DNA from: Promethearchaeota archaeon
GTDB taxonomy: Archaea > Asgardarchaeota > Lokiarchaeia > Sigyniarchaeales > SOKP01
NCBI GenBank assembly: GCA_016839585.1
Contig: JAEOTZ010000018.1
Location: 64,948 to 128,947, forward strand
DNA: 64,000 nt
Reading direction: 5' to 3'
The translations under genes and the position numbers were made by a program. Position 1 is the stretch's first letter; each line of letters starts with the position of its first letter. The notes beneath the pieces were generated by a model. The model saw nothing but the letters and a program-made list of their open reading frames with translations. It was not told where the DNA came from and searched no databases. Shown one piece after another: positions 10,570-20,627 of the stretch.

Positions 10570-11262
10570 TTAACGTTTAAATGCAGTTCCACAACTTGGA
10601 CAAAACTCTCCAGGTACTTCTGCACCACAACTAGGGCAATACTTTACCTGGGTAGGGGGCACAGCTTGAGGTTGGGCAGTTTCTTTAGGTTGAGTGGGAG
10701 CTACTGGTGCTTTTCGTTCCCTCGGCGGCGCTTCAGGCATGAAAAATGATGCAATGGCAATAACTCCACCAATAATAGGAGCAATTACACCAAAACCCGG
10801 AGAAAATTTATAATAGATTGTAGTTCCCAGGTAATCATAAGTATCACCAGAATAGAGCTTCCATTCAACCTCTACCCAAATTATAAAGATAATACTGAAA
10901 GCAACCATTAAAACTCCGCCAAGTAAAGCAATAGGTTTTTTAAAATCCTTACGAAAACCTAACACACCTGAGCCAATCGCTGCAATTGCACCAATTAATA
11001 CCCCGATAAAACTTATAATAAAAGGCGTCGAGTTCAATCTAAAACCCATACCCCCAGTCAAATCATAGAGCTCCTCCATCCCCCATCCAGATTCAGAACC
11101 CAATTCGAAGAATCCAATCATCCAAATATCCAAGCCATAAGGTGCTGGAATCCCATCTGCAGTTAACTTTGATGAGACAATAGCAGGAAGGGCCATCGAT
11201 ATGAGTGTGAGGACTCCACCAACAATGGGGATTACCCAAATATAATTTTTCCAATCAGCCAT
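10570..11262 (-). CDS. 4-TM membrane protein with Pro-rich linker and C-terminal zinc ribbon
   Basis: TM helices, PVAPTQP linker, CPSCG...FCPSCG. Confidence 0.8.
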   Translation of the reverse strand: MADWKNYIWVIPIVGGVLTLISMALPAIVSSKLTADGIPAPYGLDIWMIGFFELGSESGWGMEELYDLTGGMGFRLNSTPFIISFIGVLIGAIAAIGSGVLGFRKDFKKPIALLGGVLMVAFSIIFIIWVEVEWKLYSGDTYDYLGTTIYYKFSPGFGVIAPIIGGVIAIASFFMPEAPPRERKAPVAPTQPKETAQPQAVPPTQVKYCPSCGAEVPGEFCPSCGTAFKR

Positions 11263-11590
11263 TGGATATCAACTCTTTTAAGTCTTAATTTTTTTTTTTT
11301 AATAAAATTTTGTAGATAAAGATTTAATTCTAAAATATTTAAAGATTTGCAAAAAAAGATCATATTCGATAGTCCTTCATGTATTATGTGTAGAAAAAGG
11401 ATCATTTAAGAGTTGTTTGATTGATTAAGATAAAAGTTTTTTATCCTATATTTCATTTTGAATTTAAGTAAAGTATTAATAATAATAGTAAAAAGTTGGA
11501 AAAACCGTAATTCGAGATAATCTTCTATTCGGCTTTTTCAAGAGTAAGGGAAAAAAAAAGTAAATCTTTTCAATTTATAGATATATTGTC

Positions 11591-12298
11591 TTACTCTATA
11601 ATATGTGGAGTCTGAGCAGCTCCACAATGCGTACAAAACTTAGTATCAATTGGAATTTGCTTACCACAGTTAATACAAGCTTTTATATTTGCAGTAATTG
11701 GCGTCTCAGCTTGAATCTGAGTAGCTCCACAATGCGTACAAAACTTAGTATCAATTGGAATTTGCTTACCACAGTTAATACAAGCTTTTGTATTTGTGGT
11801 TATTGGTATCTCGGCTCGATGTGGTTTTGATTCACCTTTCCTGGAAACTAATAACTTTAAGGCTTTTTCGATATCCATTTTAAATGCAGTATAGGCTTTC
11901 TTCTTAGAAACATAGATCCAAATCCATACTGGTGCGCAAATACCAGTAAATACAACAGGCATAATCATGACAAAAGCACCCCCAGTCCCAATTGCAATAG
12001 GTATAAAAATACCAAAGAAAATAATAACCAGAATACCGAAATTTCTAATCTCTGTAATCGGTTTTTTATGTATTGGAGCATTTCCACTATATATTTGTAC
12101 AAGATAACAAAATGGACAGAAAAATCCGATATCCCTCTGTGTTACCATATCAACACTAGAAAATGAAACAACACGACTTCCCACTACTAATTCCATCGCA
12201 CATTCATAACAAAGTTCTTCACCACATCCATAACAACGTTTTACCTTAGGTCTTTCAGAATGTGCGCATCCTTTTTCTTTTCCTTTAATCATTTCCAT
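11591..12298 (-). CDS. B-box-like Zn finger, 2 TM, tandem double zinc-ribbon protein
   Basis: N-terminal CAH...CYGC...CYEC, CPFC, TM hairpin, two copies of CINCGKQIPIDTKFCTHCG. Confidence 0.75.
   Translation of the reverse strand: MEMIKGKEKGCAHSERPKVKRCYGCGEELCYECAMELVVGSRVVSFSSVDMVTQRDIGFFCPFCYLVQIYSGNAPIHKKPITEIRNFGILVIIFFGIFIPIAIGTGGAFVMIMPVVFTGICAPVWIWIYVSKKKAYTAFKMDIEKALKLLVSRKGESKPHRAEIPITTNTKACINCGKQIPIDTKFCTHCGATQIQAETPITANIKACINCGKQIPIDTKFCTHCGAAQTPHIIE
11611..11815. repeat. Intragenic tandem duplication, 105-bp period
   Basis: 11618-11684 is identical to 11723-11789 (67 bp) and encodes the duplicated zinc ribbon. Confidence 0.95.
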
Positions 12299-12512
12299 TT
12301 CATTTCACCTTTATTTTTAGATTAAAAATCAGAAAAATTACATATTTTTTAAATAGATATAGTAATGAATAGATCTCAATTTTAGTTAATATGCAAAAAT
12401 ATGACAATTTTCTTTAAAAACTTTTTTCACTTTTAAGCAAAAAATTTTTGGAAAATGCTTTAAAATTTAAGATTTCATTTAATATAGTTTAATCAAATTT
12501 TAGATTATAGCA

Positions 12513-13010
12513 TTAATTAGAATTAGACTTATTAATTTCAATAATTTTTTTAATTGCTTTATTAACATAATCATCAATAGTTTTAAGGACTTTATCAAAA
12601 ACGATTCTTGATGTATAATATGGGTCAATTATATCTATATCTCTTGTTTCTCCAGCGAATTCTTTTAATGTAAATGTTTTTTCATCTATGTCTTTTACAT
12701 TTGGATAATTGTTTTTAATATCTCTTGAATGACTATACTCCATTGTTAAAATTAAATCTTGATTTTCTAGTAAATTCTTATTGATGATTTTTGGTATAAA
12801 ATCAGAGGATTCTATTCCTTTACTTATCAAATAATTTATTGTTTCAGGCTGGGCATATCCAAAAGCATTAAAAAAGCCAGCACTATCAAAAGTTATATCC
12901 TCAAGCTCATTTTTAAATCGTTTTTTAAGTCCTTTTGCTAAATATTCTGCTGCAGGACTCCTTGCTGTATTCCCCATACAGACAAATAAAACATTCTTGA
13001 TTCTATTCAT
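12513..13010 (-). CDS. Low-molecular-weight protein phosphatase (YwlE-like)
   Basis: CMGNTARS, DSAG, KTFTLKEF, IIDPYY. Confidence 0.9.
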   Translation of the reverse strand: MNRIKNVLFVCMGNTARSPAAEYLAKGLKKRFKNELEDITFDSAGFFNAFGYAQPETINYLISKGIESSDFIPKIINKNLLENQDLILTMEYSHSRDIKNNYPNVKDIDEKTFTLKEFAGETRDIDIIDPYYTSRIVFDKVLKTIDDYVNKAIKKIIEINKSNSN

Positions 13011-13518
13011 GGTTCTTATATTCTGATTTTTTATTTATCTCAATAATTTTTTCAAGCACTTTAATTAATCCATCTTCAATTCTTTTAAGAGCTTTATTAT
13101 ATTCTGCTTCTTCATAATAAAATGGATCTTCAATTTCAAGATTTTCCTTTTCGCCAGCAAAATCTAGCAATAAAAAGAGTTTATTATCTAAATCTTTTAA
13201 ATTTCTAAATCGTCTTTTTAACTTTCTAATATGCCATTTTTCTTCAAATCCAAGAATTAAATCGTGTTTTTTTATTAATTCTTCGTCAATTCTCTTTGCG
13301 ACAAAATCATTAACCTCAATTCCCTTCGATTCTAAATATTTTAAAGTACCTTTCTGAGGTGTTTCATAATAATGAAATAGCCCAGCAGAATCAAAATTAA
13401 TATCTTTCAATTCCTCATTATATTTATTATCCTTATACCATTTTGCCAAATATTCCGCAGCTACACTTCTACAAGTATTGCCACTACAGAGAAACAAAAC
13501 TCGTTTGATTGTACTCAT
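13003..13518 (-). CDS. Low-molecular-weight protein phosphatase (YwlE-like)
   Basis: CSGNTCRS, DSAG, IEDPF; overlaps the downstream paralog by 8 nt. Confidence 0.9.
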   Translation of the reverse strand: MSTIKRVLFLCSGNTCRSVAAEYLAKWYKDNKYNEELKDINFDSAGLFHYYETPQKGTLKYLESKGIEVNDFVAKRIDEELIKKHDLILGFEEKWHIRKLKRRFRNLKDLDNKLFLLLDFAGEKENLEIEDPFYYEEAEYNKALKRIEDGLIKVLEKIIEINKKSEYKNHE

Positions 13519-13702
13519 TTTATTTTAAATTTTTATCCATTTTATTTTGCGTTTCATAGAGTAGGAAAACAAGATATCTTTAATTTATCCTATACCTTAA
13601 TTTACTAAAAATTAATTAATTCAAAAAAAAATTATTATTTACTTTATAAAGTGTAAAATAAAACAATATTAAAAAGCGTTTTAATTTGTAAGGAATAGGA
13701 AA

Positions 13703-16114
13703 ATGGGTAATGAGATAGACTTTGTAGAATATGAAGAGAGTATTGAATCCTTATTTTCTCCCAAATCTAGTTATACTTTTTTAGTAGGAGCCGGGATTTC
13801 CATGGATCCTCCAACAAATATGCCTTCTGCACGGGAAATTGTAAAAAGCCTATTGGAATTATGTGCACCATCCGAGGAAATAAACAATCTGCTCTCACTT
13901 AAAATGTTAAGGTTTGAATTAGTTGTAGAAAAGATAAAAAACGAATTTGATGAAGATTTAAGGTTTCTAGACTACTTAGAGTATGTTAACGAACCTAATC
14001 TTATTCATTTATTCTTAGCTAATACAATAACTCGCGGAAATTATGTTGTAACAACAAATCTCGATTATATGATTGAGCGAGCACTACTGCTAGTTCTTGA
14101 TAAGCAATGGCACAAGGAAATTATTCCAATTATAACGAAAGAGGATTTTATTTTTTATCAGGAGCCTGATAATCTTATAAAATCAGGAAAGTATCCTTTG
14201 TATAAAATCCATGGATCGAAGTACAATATAATTACAGGAACTAATACACAAGAATCATTGATTACAACTATAAGTGCATTAGGGAAAGGTCGTGAAGAAG
14301 GGGAAGTTTTTGCGATTGAACCTTTTAAGAAATCTACAGTATACAATTTAATGAATGATCGCACTCTTGTAGTTTTGGGTTATTCAGGAAGTGACGATTT
14401 TGATATTGGCCCAACGTTAAGAGAATTGCCATTTCTTAATAGAATTATTTGGATTGAACATTATCAAGGAAATGAAATAAAAATTTCAAAAATTAAACCA
14501 GATGAGATCTTAAAATCTCGATTAGATTCTTCTCAATTACATAATTTATTAAGAGAAATAAGTTTAACTGGCAATTTTGATGTAATATTAATTAGAGCAA
14601 ACACACACAATTTTATTAAAGAAAATTTGTGGGAAATTTTTCTTCCTTATATCCCTATAAACAGAGTTAATTTAGATGAACCAGGAACAACTGTTCCAAA
14701 ATTTTCAAAATGGATCAAATCTCTGTTTCAGGATATTCCTTTGGTTAAGAAATACCGGTTAGCAACCCAATTATTTTATTCTTTAAAAGATGTTGAAGCA
14801 ACAAAACGATGCTCGGAAAAGGGGCTCTCACTTTCTGATGAAGCCAATGATCTAACCTCAAAATCATACTTTCTTAATTTTTTAGGTATGATCAATCAAA
14901 TAACTGGAAATTATGAGAATGCAATAAAGTATTATGAGGAAGCTTTACAAATTGATGAAACTCTAAAAGAGGATGCTAGTAAATCTACAGATTTGAATAA
15001 TATTGGCTCGATCTATTTGACTCTTGGTAGATATAATGAAGCTTACGAAAATTATTCAAGAGCATTAGGAATAGCTAATAAATTAGGTGATCTGCCAGGA
15101 AATGCATCTTGCAAGAATAATATAGGGAGAGTACTTGAAATTCAGGGTGAGTTGGATATAGCATTAGAGAATTATAAAGAAGCCCTGAAAATTTATGAAG
15201 ACATAGGATATCTTAATAATAAGGCGGCTATGCTCAATAATATTGGTATGATTTATGCCGTTCGAAAGGAATATGGATTAGCGGTAAAAAATTATGAAGA
15301 AGCATTAAAGATTTCAGATCTCTTAGGTGATCTCTATGGAAAAATTATCCTTTTGAACAACATTGGAAGAGTGAATGATGAAAATCAAAATTATACGAAT
15401 GCTTTAGAAAAATATAATGAAGCAGTATATATCAGTGAACAATTAGGTGACATTTCAAAAAAAGCTGGATGTTTTAATAATATAGGATCTGTTTATCTGG
15501 CTCAAGGCCAACCTAGAAAAGCTTTGGAAAAGTACAAAGAAGCATTGAACATTGAGGAAATATTGGGAGATCCGTTAATGAAGGCAATTTATCTTAATAA
15601 TATTGCCATGATTTATGAAAATCTTAAAGAGTATAATCTAGCATTGGAATACTATTTGGAAGCTTTAAATATATTTAAAGAATTAGGTGATCTTTCAAAG
15701 AGAGCTCTAATGCTCACTAAAATTGCGTCAATTGATATGATTAAAAACGATTATTGGTCAGCCCTTGATAAATATCAGGAAGCAGCTTTGATTTATGGAG
15801 AATTAAAAGACTTATCTAATAAAGCAGCTTGTCTAAATAATATTGGAAAAATATATGAAAAATTTGAAAGTTATAATAAAGCTTTAGAGATTTATGAAGA
15901 GACTGTTCAAATTGATGAGCAATTAGGAGACTTATCTGGCAAGGCTAATGACTTTTTTAATTTAGGTAATATTTATGAACTTTGTGGGGAATATCGTAAA
16001 GGTTTAAACAAATTTGAGGAAAGTTTAGAAATTTTTAATCAATTAAAACAAGATCAATATTCTAATGTTGTTCAACAAAAAATTAATGAAATAAAAAGAA
16101 AAATAGGAAAATAA
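13703..16114 (+). CDS. SIR2-like (SIR2_2) domain plus TPR array protein
   Basis: FLVGAGIS...P, TTNLD, YKIHGS, LGYSGSD, then about ten 40-aa repeats (LNNIG.IY...G....A...Y.EAL.I). Confidence 0.9.
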   Translation: MGNEIDFVEYEESIESLFSPKSSYTFLVGAGISMDPPTNMPSAREIVKSLLELCAPSEEINNLLSLKMLRFELVVEKIKNEFDEDLRFLDYLEYVNEPNLIHLFLANTITRGNYVVTTNLDYMIERALLLVLDKQWHKEIIPIITKEDFIFYQEPDNLIKSGKYPLYKIHGSKYNIITGTNTQESLITTISALGKGREEGEVFAIEPFKKSTVYNLMNDRTLVVLGYSGSDDFDIGPTLRELPFLNRIIWIEHYQGNEIKISKIKPDEILKSRLDSSQLHNLLREISLTGNFDVILIRANTHNFIKENLWEIFLPYIPINRVNLDEPGTTVPKFSKWIKSLFQDIPLVKKYRLATQLFYSLKDVEATKRCSEKGLSLSDEANDLTSKSYFLNFLGMINQITGNYENAIKYYEEALQIDETLKEDASKSTDLNNIGSIYLTLGRYNEAYENYSRALGIANKLGDLPGNASCKNNIGRVLEIQGELDIALENYKEALKIYEDIGYLNNKAAMLNNIGMIYAVRKEYGLAVKNYEEALKISDLLGDLYGKIILLNNIGRVNDENQNYTNALEKYNEAVYISEQLGDISKKAGCFNNIGSVYLAQGQPRKALEKYKEALNIEEILGDPLMKAIYLNNIAMIYENLKEYNLALEYYLEALNIFKELGDLSKRALMLTKIASIDMIKNDYWSALDKYQEAALIYGELKDLSNKAACLNNIGKIYEKFESYNKALEIYEETVQIDEQLGDLSGKANDFFNLGNIYELCGEYRKGLNKFEESLEIFNQLKQDQYSNVVQQKINEIKRKIGK

Positions 16115-16205
16115 TATTATAGTTTTAATTTTTTAGAGAATTTTATTAATTTAATAAACAATTATTAATTCCTAAATGTAATTTAGAGTAAATTAAGAGA
16201 TTTTT

Positions 16206-17777
16206 TTGAAGCTCAAGACCGACATTTTAATCATAGGTGGAGGGATTGCTGGATTAACACTTGCAATTAAACTAGCAGAGTTATCAAAAGATCAAAAGAT
16301 ATTAATCATAACTAAAGAGACTTTAATCGATTGTAATACTTATAATGCCCAAGGTGGTATTGCATGTGCTTGGGATAAGATGGATTCTGTTGAAAAACAT
16401 ATTCAAGATACATTGCTAGCTGGAGATGGATTATGCGATGAAACGGTAGTAAGAGAAATAATAGCTCAAGCCCCTGCCAGAATAAATGAATTAATTGAAA
16501 TGGGTGTGAAGTTTAATAGAAATGAAAATGGAGACTATGATCTTGGAATAGAAGGAGGTCATTCAAAAAGGAGAATACTTCATGTGAATGATCTTACTGG
16601 TCAAGCTATTCAAAGAGCATTGATAGAGAATATAAAGAAATTGGAAAATGTTGAAGTTAGAGAATATTGGTGCGCTGTAAATCTTTATGTTAAAAATGTT
16701 AAATGCTATGGAGCACACGTATTAGAACAAGAAACAGAAGAAATTCACAATATTTCAGCGAAAGCTACTATACTAGCAACGGGAGGGGCTGGAAAGATAT
16801 ATTTATATACAACAAATCCAGATATAGCTTCAGGTGATGGAATTGCAATGGCATATAGAGCAGGAGCTATGATATCAAACATGGAATTTTATCAATTTCA
16901 TCCTACTTGTTTATATCATCCTTATGCTAAGTCGCTTCTAATTACAGAAGCGTTACGTGGAGAAGGGGCTATATTAAAAGATATTAAAGGAAATGAATTT
17001 ATGGCAAAATACCATCCTTCAAAGGAACTTGCTCCTCGAGATATTGTATCTAGAGCTATTGATGCTGAATTGAAAAGAACAGGGGATGATTATGTTTATT
17101 TAGACATAGCATCTTATAGAAATACAAAATTTATAATAAAACACTTTCCAGGGATATATGAAAATTGCTTAAAATTTAATATTGATATCACCAAGGAACC
17201 TATTCCTGTTGTACCAGCAGCTCATTATTGTTGTGGAGGAGTAATAGCAAATATTGATGGAACAACAGAAGTAAAAAATTTGTTTGTCATTGGTGAAACC
17301 GCATGTACAGGTCTTCATGGAAGTAATAGATTAGCAAGTAATTCCCTGCTTGAAGGCTTAGTTTGTGCTCATGAATGTGCAAATTATATAATAAAAAACA
17401 TATCTGAGTTAAAGATTAAAGATTTTTCTGAGTGGGAACCTGGGAATGCTATTCCCTCAAGTGAAGCAGTAGTAATAACACAAAATTGGGATGAAGTAAG
17501 AATGATGATGCAAAATTTCGTAGGAGTTGTTAGATCAGACATGCGATTAAAAAGAGCTCTTAAACGAATGAATATATTTTCAGAAGAAATAGATTACTAC
17601 TATTGGAACTATAAAGTTGAGAAAAATTTAGTAGAGCTAAGGAATTTATCAATGGTTGCCGAACTTTTAATTAGGTGTGCGTTATCTCGGAAGGAAAGTA
17701 GAGGAACTCATTTTAATGAAAATCATCCCACTAAAAATTCATTAGCTAGAAATTCATATATAAAAAGACCTTGGTAA
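16206..17777 (+). CDS. nadB: L-aspartate oxidase
   Basis: IGGGIAG, AQGGIA, EGGHSKRRILH, TTNP...GDG, QFHPT, EALRGEG, ELAPRD, PAAHY, GLHGSNRLASNSLLEG. Confidence 0.93.
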   Translation: MKLKTDILIIGGGIAGLTLAIKLAELSKDQKILIITKETLIDCNTYNAQGGIACAWDKMDSVEKHIQDTLLAGDGLCDETVVREIIAQAPARINELIEMGVKFNRNENGDYDLGIEGGHSKRRILHVNDLTGQAIQRALIENIKKLENVEVREYWCAVNLYVKNVKCYGAHVLEQETEEIHNISAKATILATGGAGKIYLYTTNPDIASGDGIAMAYRAGAMISNMEFYQFHPTCLYHPYAKSLLITEALRGEGAILKDIKGNEFMAKYHPSKELAPRDIVSRAIDAELKRTGDDYVYLDIASYRNTKFIIKHFPGIYENCLKFNIDITKEPIPVVPAAHYCCGGVIANIDGTTEVKNLFVIGETACTGLHGSNRLASNSLLEGLVCAHECANYIIKNISELKIKDFSEWEPGNAIPSSEAVVITQNWDEVRMMMQNFVGVVRSDMRLKRALKRMNIFSEEIDYYYWNYKVEKNLVELRNLSMVAELLIRCALSRKESRGTHFNENHPTKNSLARNSYIKRPW

Positions 17778-17866
17778 AAACAATTAGCTTTTTGATATCT
17801 ATAATTTTAAATTATTACTTAAATTAATATTGATAAATTAAATAATTAAGTAGAAGGAGTCTAATC

Positions 17867-18670
17867 TTGGACATCGGTAAAAATATTAGAATTGAAAGGA
17901 TAATTAATCGGAAAAGTAAAAGAACAATTATTATTCCTATGGATCATGGATTAACTATGGGAACAATTAAAGGGTTGGAAATTTTGGCTGATATGGTTGA
18001 TAAAGTTGCTTTAGGTGGCGCAAATGCTGTTTTGATGCATTCAGGAATGGTTGGTGCTGGTCATCGAAAACATGGAAAAGATATTGGTTTGATAATTCAT
18101 TTATCGGGGGCAACAAATTTAGCACCTGATCCAAATAGAAAAGTATTAGTATGTTCCGTTGAACGTGCTCTGAAAATGGGAGCTGATGGAGTTTCAATTC
18201 ACATTAACATTGGCGCAGATGATGAGCCAGAAATGCTTCAAGATGCTTATAAAGCTGTAGAAGCTTCACGAGAATGGGGAGTTCCTTTACTAGCAATGAT
18301 GTACCCCAGAGGAAAAAAAATTAAAGATGAAAATGATCCCGAGGTTGTGAATATAGCCGTAAGAGCAGGCACAGAGTTAGGAGCTGATATTGTTAAGACA
18401 AATTATACTGGTGATATAGATTCATTTAAGCAAATTGTAGATGGAGTTCGTCACATACCCGTAATAATTGCTGGTGGACCTAAAATGGATACTATCCCTG
18501 AATTATTACTGATGGTGTATGATTCTATTCAGGCAGGAGGTGCTGGTGTAGCCTTTGGGAGAAATGTATTCCAATCTAAAGATCCTGCGAAATTAGTTAG
18601 AGCAATTAGTAACATAGTGCATGATAATTATACCGTTGAGGAAGTTTTAAGAGAGTATAAATTCGATTAA
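17867..18670 (+). CDS. DhnA-type class I aldolase (2-amino-3,7-dideoxy-D-threo-hept-6-ulosonate synthase / FBP aldolase family)
   Basis: [22 protein letters not shown] (Schiff-base Lys), AGGPK, FGRNVFQ. Confidence 0.88.
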   Translation: MDIGKNIRIERIINRKSKRTIIIPMDHGLTMGTIKGLEILADMVDKVALGGANAVLMHSGMVGAGHRKHGKDIGLIIHLSGATNLAPDPNRKVLVCSVERALKMGADGVSIHINIGADDEPEMLQDAYKAVEASREWGVPLLAMMYPRGKKIKDENDPEVVNIAVRAGTELGADIVKTNYTGDIDSFKQIVDGVRHIPVIIAGGPKMDTIPELLLMVYDSIQAGGAGVAFGRNVFQSKDPAKLVRAISNIVHDNYTVEEVLREYKFD

Positions 18671-18691
18671 AAAATATAAATTTCTATAATT

Positions 18692-19969
18692 ATGAAATAC
18701 GAAAAGATTTATCCTCATTTTCTTAAAAAGATTGAAAATAAAGAAGGTAATATTCTTGATAAGGAAAAAGAATTAAGGATAATAATCTCATTTGAGGATA
18801 TTTTAAAGCGAGATACTTTTCTTTCAAAACACACAAATCTTAGAATTTTGAAAACTTTCGATATTATTCCTTCAATAAATTTGCATCTAACATTTGAACA
18901 AATAAAAAGCTTAGAAAAAGAGGAGCTAATAAAAATTATTGAAGAGGATCAAAGAATCTATCTTTCTATTCTGGAGGTTAATGATATCTTAGATTTAAGT
19001 GAATATAGAACATCTCAAATATCTTATACAGGAAAAAATGTTAAAATAGGAATAATCGATAATGGAATTAATAAGACATATGATTCGATATATGATATTG
19101 ATTTAGATGAGTTCGATTTTATAGAGGAAAAGGTAAGTGTAGTCTCAAAAAAGACAGATGTATCACATGGAACAATAATAGCAAGTATAATTGGCAATCA
19201 TTTTAAAGATAGTTATTATAGCTTTTTAGGAATTGCTCCTAATGCAAAATTTATTGATTTCAATATATCAGTCTCTAATAATAAATATTATTTTTCTAAT
19301 ATCTTGGAAATTTTCGATTTAATAAATTCACAGTCCATTAAAATTGATATTCTTTTAATCTCTTTTACTACTTTACATCCATCTGATGGAAATGATATAG
19401 TATCTCTAGCCTGTGATTTGTTAGTTGATAAAGGAATTATAATTGTGTGCCCTGCTGGAAATTTTGGACCAGAATCTTATAGTATTGGAAGCCCTAGTGC
19501 TGCTAAAAAGGTAATAACTGTTGGGAGTCTTACAAAAAATTTAGAGATCTCTAATTTTAGTAGTAGAGGACCAACTTTAGATGAACGATTAAAACCTGAT
19601 TTTTGTTTACCAGGCTCAAATATAGAAGTTCCGTTATCAAAGGAATTAGGGATAAGAGTATCTGGTACAAGTGTTTCTGCGGCATTTTGTGTTGGAATTA
19701 TTGCTTTATTGAAAGAATTTAACCCAAATGCATCATATAATGAAATTTTAAATCTTATGCAAAAAGCGAGCTCAGATTTAAGTTATGAACAGAACTCTCA
19801 AGGACATGGAATTATTAATATTATTAATATTTTTAAAAATTTAGACTTATATCAAGAAAAAGTTCTTCCTTATAAATATCTAATAAAAAGATCTTTCAAA
19901 TTTACAATTGAATTTATTTTAATTCTGATCCTCTTTTATTATATATTTTATTTCTTCAATTCATTATAA
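18692..19969 (+). CDS. Subtilisin-like S8 serine peptidase with N-terminal propeptide and C-terminal TM
   Basis: IIDNG (Asp), HGT (His), AGNFG (oxyanion Asn), FSSRGP..D.R.KPD, SGTS (Ser); hydrophobic C-terminus. Confidence 0.88.
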   Translation: MKYEKIYPHFLKKIENKEGNILDKEKELRIIISFEDILKRDTFLSKHTNLRILKTFDIIPSINLHLTFEQIKSLEKEELIKIIEEDQRIYLSILEVNDILDLSEYRTSQISYTGKNVKIGIIDNGINKTYDSIYDIDLDEFDFIEEKVSVVSKKTDVSHGTIIASIIGNHFKDSYYSFLGIAPNAKFIDFNISVSNNKYYFSNILEIFDLINSQSIKIDILLISFTTLHPSDGNDIVSLACDLLVDKGIIIVCPAGNFGPESYSIGSPSAAKKVITVGSLTKNLEISNFSSRGPTLDERLKPDFCLPGSNIEVPLSKELGIRVSGTSVSAAFCVGIIALLKEFNPNASYNEILNLMQKASSDLSYEQNSQGHGIINIINIFKNLDLYQEKVLPYKYLIKRSFKFTIEFILILILFYYIFYFFNSL

Positions 19970-19999
19970 AGGTCATATATTATAAAAGAGGGAACAAAA

Positions 20000-20530
20000 A
20001 TATTTCCAATCTTTCACGTAGCACTTCCATTGATTATCTTTGAAATCCCTCAAATAAAGAAATTTAATCTTAATAGATATTCATTAATAATTGGTTCATT
20101 ATTACCAGATTTAATTGATAAACCTTTATTATTTTTAGGTTTGGGAGCAGGTAGATTTCTATCACATTCCTTAATATTTATTTTTATTATCTTTTTAATT
20201 ATTTTTGGAATTACTAAAGGAAATGAAAAAGTTTCTTTACCACTTTTAATTGGAATGATTTTTCATGTTATATTAGATCTTCCCGATGTTCCATTACTTT
20301 TTCCTTTTATCTCCTTTGAATATATAGTTCTAGAAGACCCCTTTTCAGTTTGGATTACTGCTTTGTTAACAAATACTATAGTGATAATAACTGAAATTAC
20401 TGGAATTCTATTTATTGTATTTATTTTAATAAGAAATAAATTATACCATATAAAAGATATTACAAATTATTTAAAAGGCATTAATCAACCATTAATTAAG
20501 AGGACCAAAGAAAAAGATATAAATATCTAA
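20000..20530 (+). CDS. Membrane-bound metal-dependent hydrolase (YdjM/DUF457-like); probable ATA start at 20000 (ORF track uses TTG at 20030)
   Basis: GSLLPDLIDKP, RFLSHSL, FHVILD, LLFPF. The in-frame upstream extension IFPIFHVALP supplies the expected N-terminal His. Confidence 0.8.
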   Translation: MFPIFHVALPLIIFEIPQIKKFNLNRYSLIIGSLLPDLIDKPLLFLGLGAGRFLSHSLIFIFIIFLIIFGITKGNEKVSLPLLIGMIFHVILDLPDVPLLFPFISFEYIVLEDPFSVWITALLTNTIVIITEITGILFIVFILIRNKLYHIKDITNYLKGINQPLIKRTKEKDINI

Positions 20531-20627
20531 CTTTAAAAAATTTTCATTTTTAAATCTCAAAATTAATAGTTTAATAACTTGCATATGAAATATTTAATAC
20601 GTAACTCATTAATCTTTAAATAGTAGA

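Noticed and set aside
11499-11540. Imperfect hairpin considered as a SECIS element or ncRNA
   Set aside because: No in-frame UGA selenoprotein candidate nearby, and the SECIS core is not convincing.
11611-11815. Repeat considered as a CRISPR array
   Set aside because: Only two copies, in frame within a CDS, no spacers and no cas genes.
14860-16060. Periodic AATAATATTGG-like DNA repeats
   Set aside because: Explained by TPR protein repeats.
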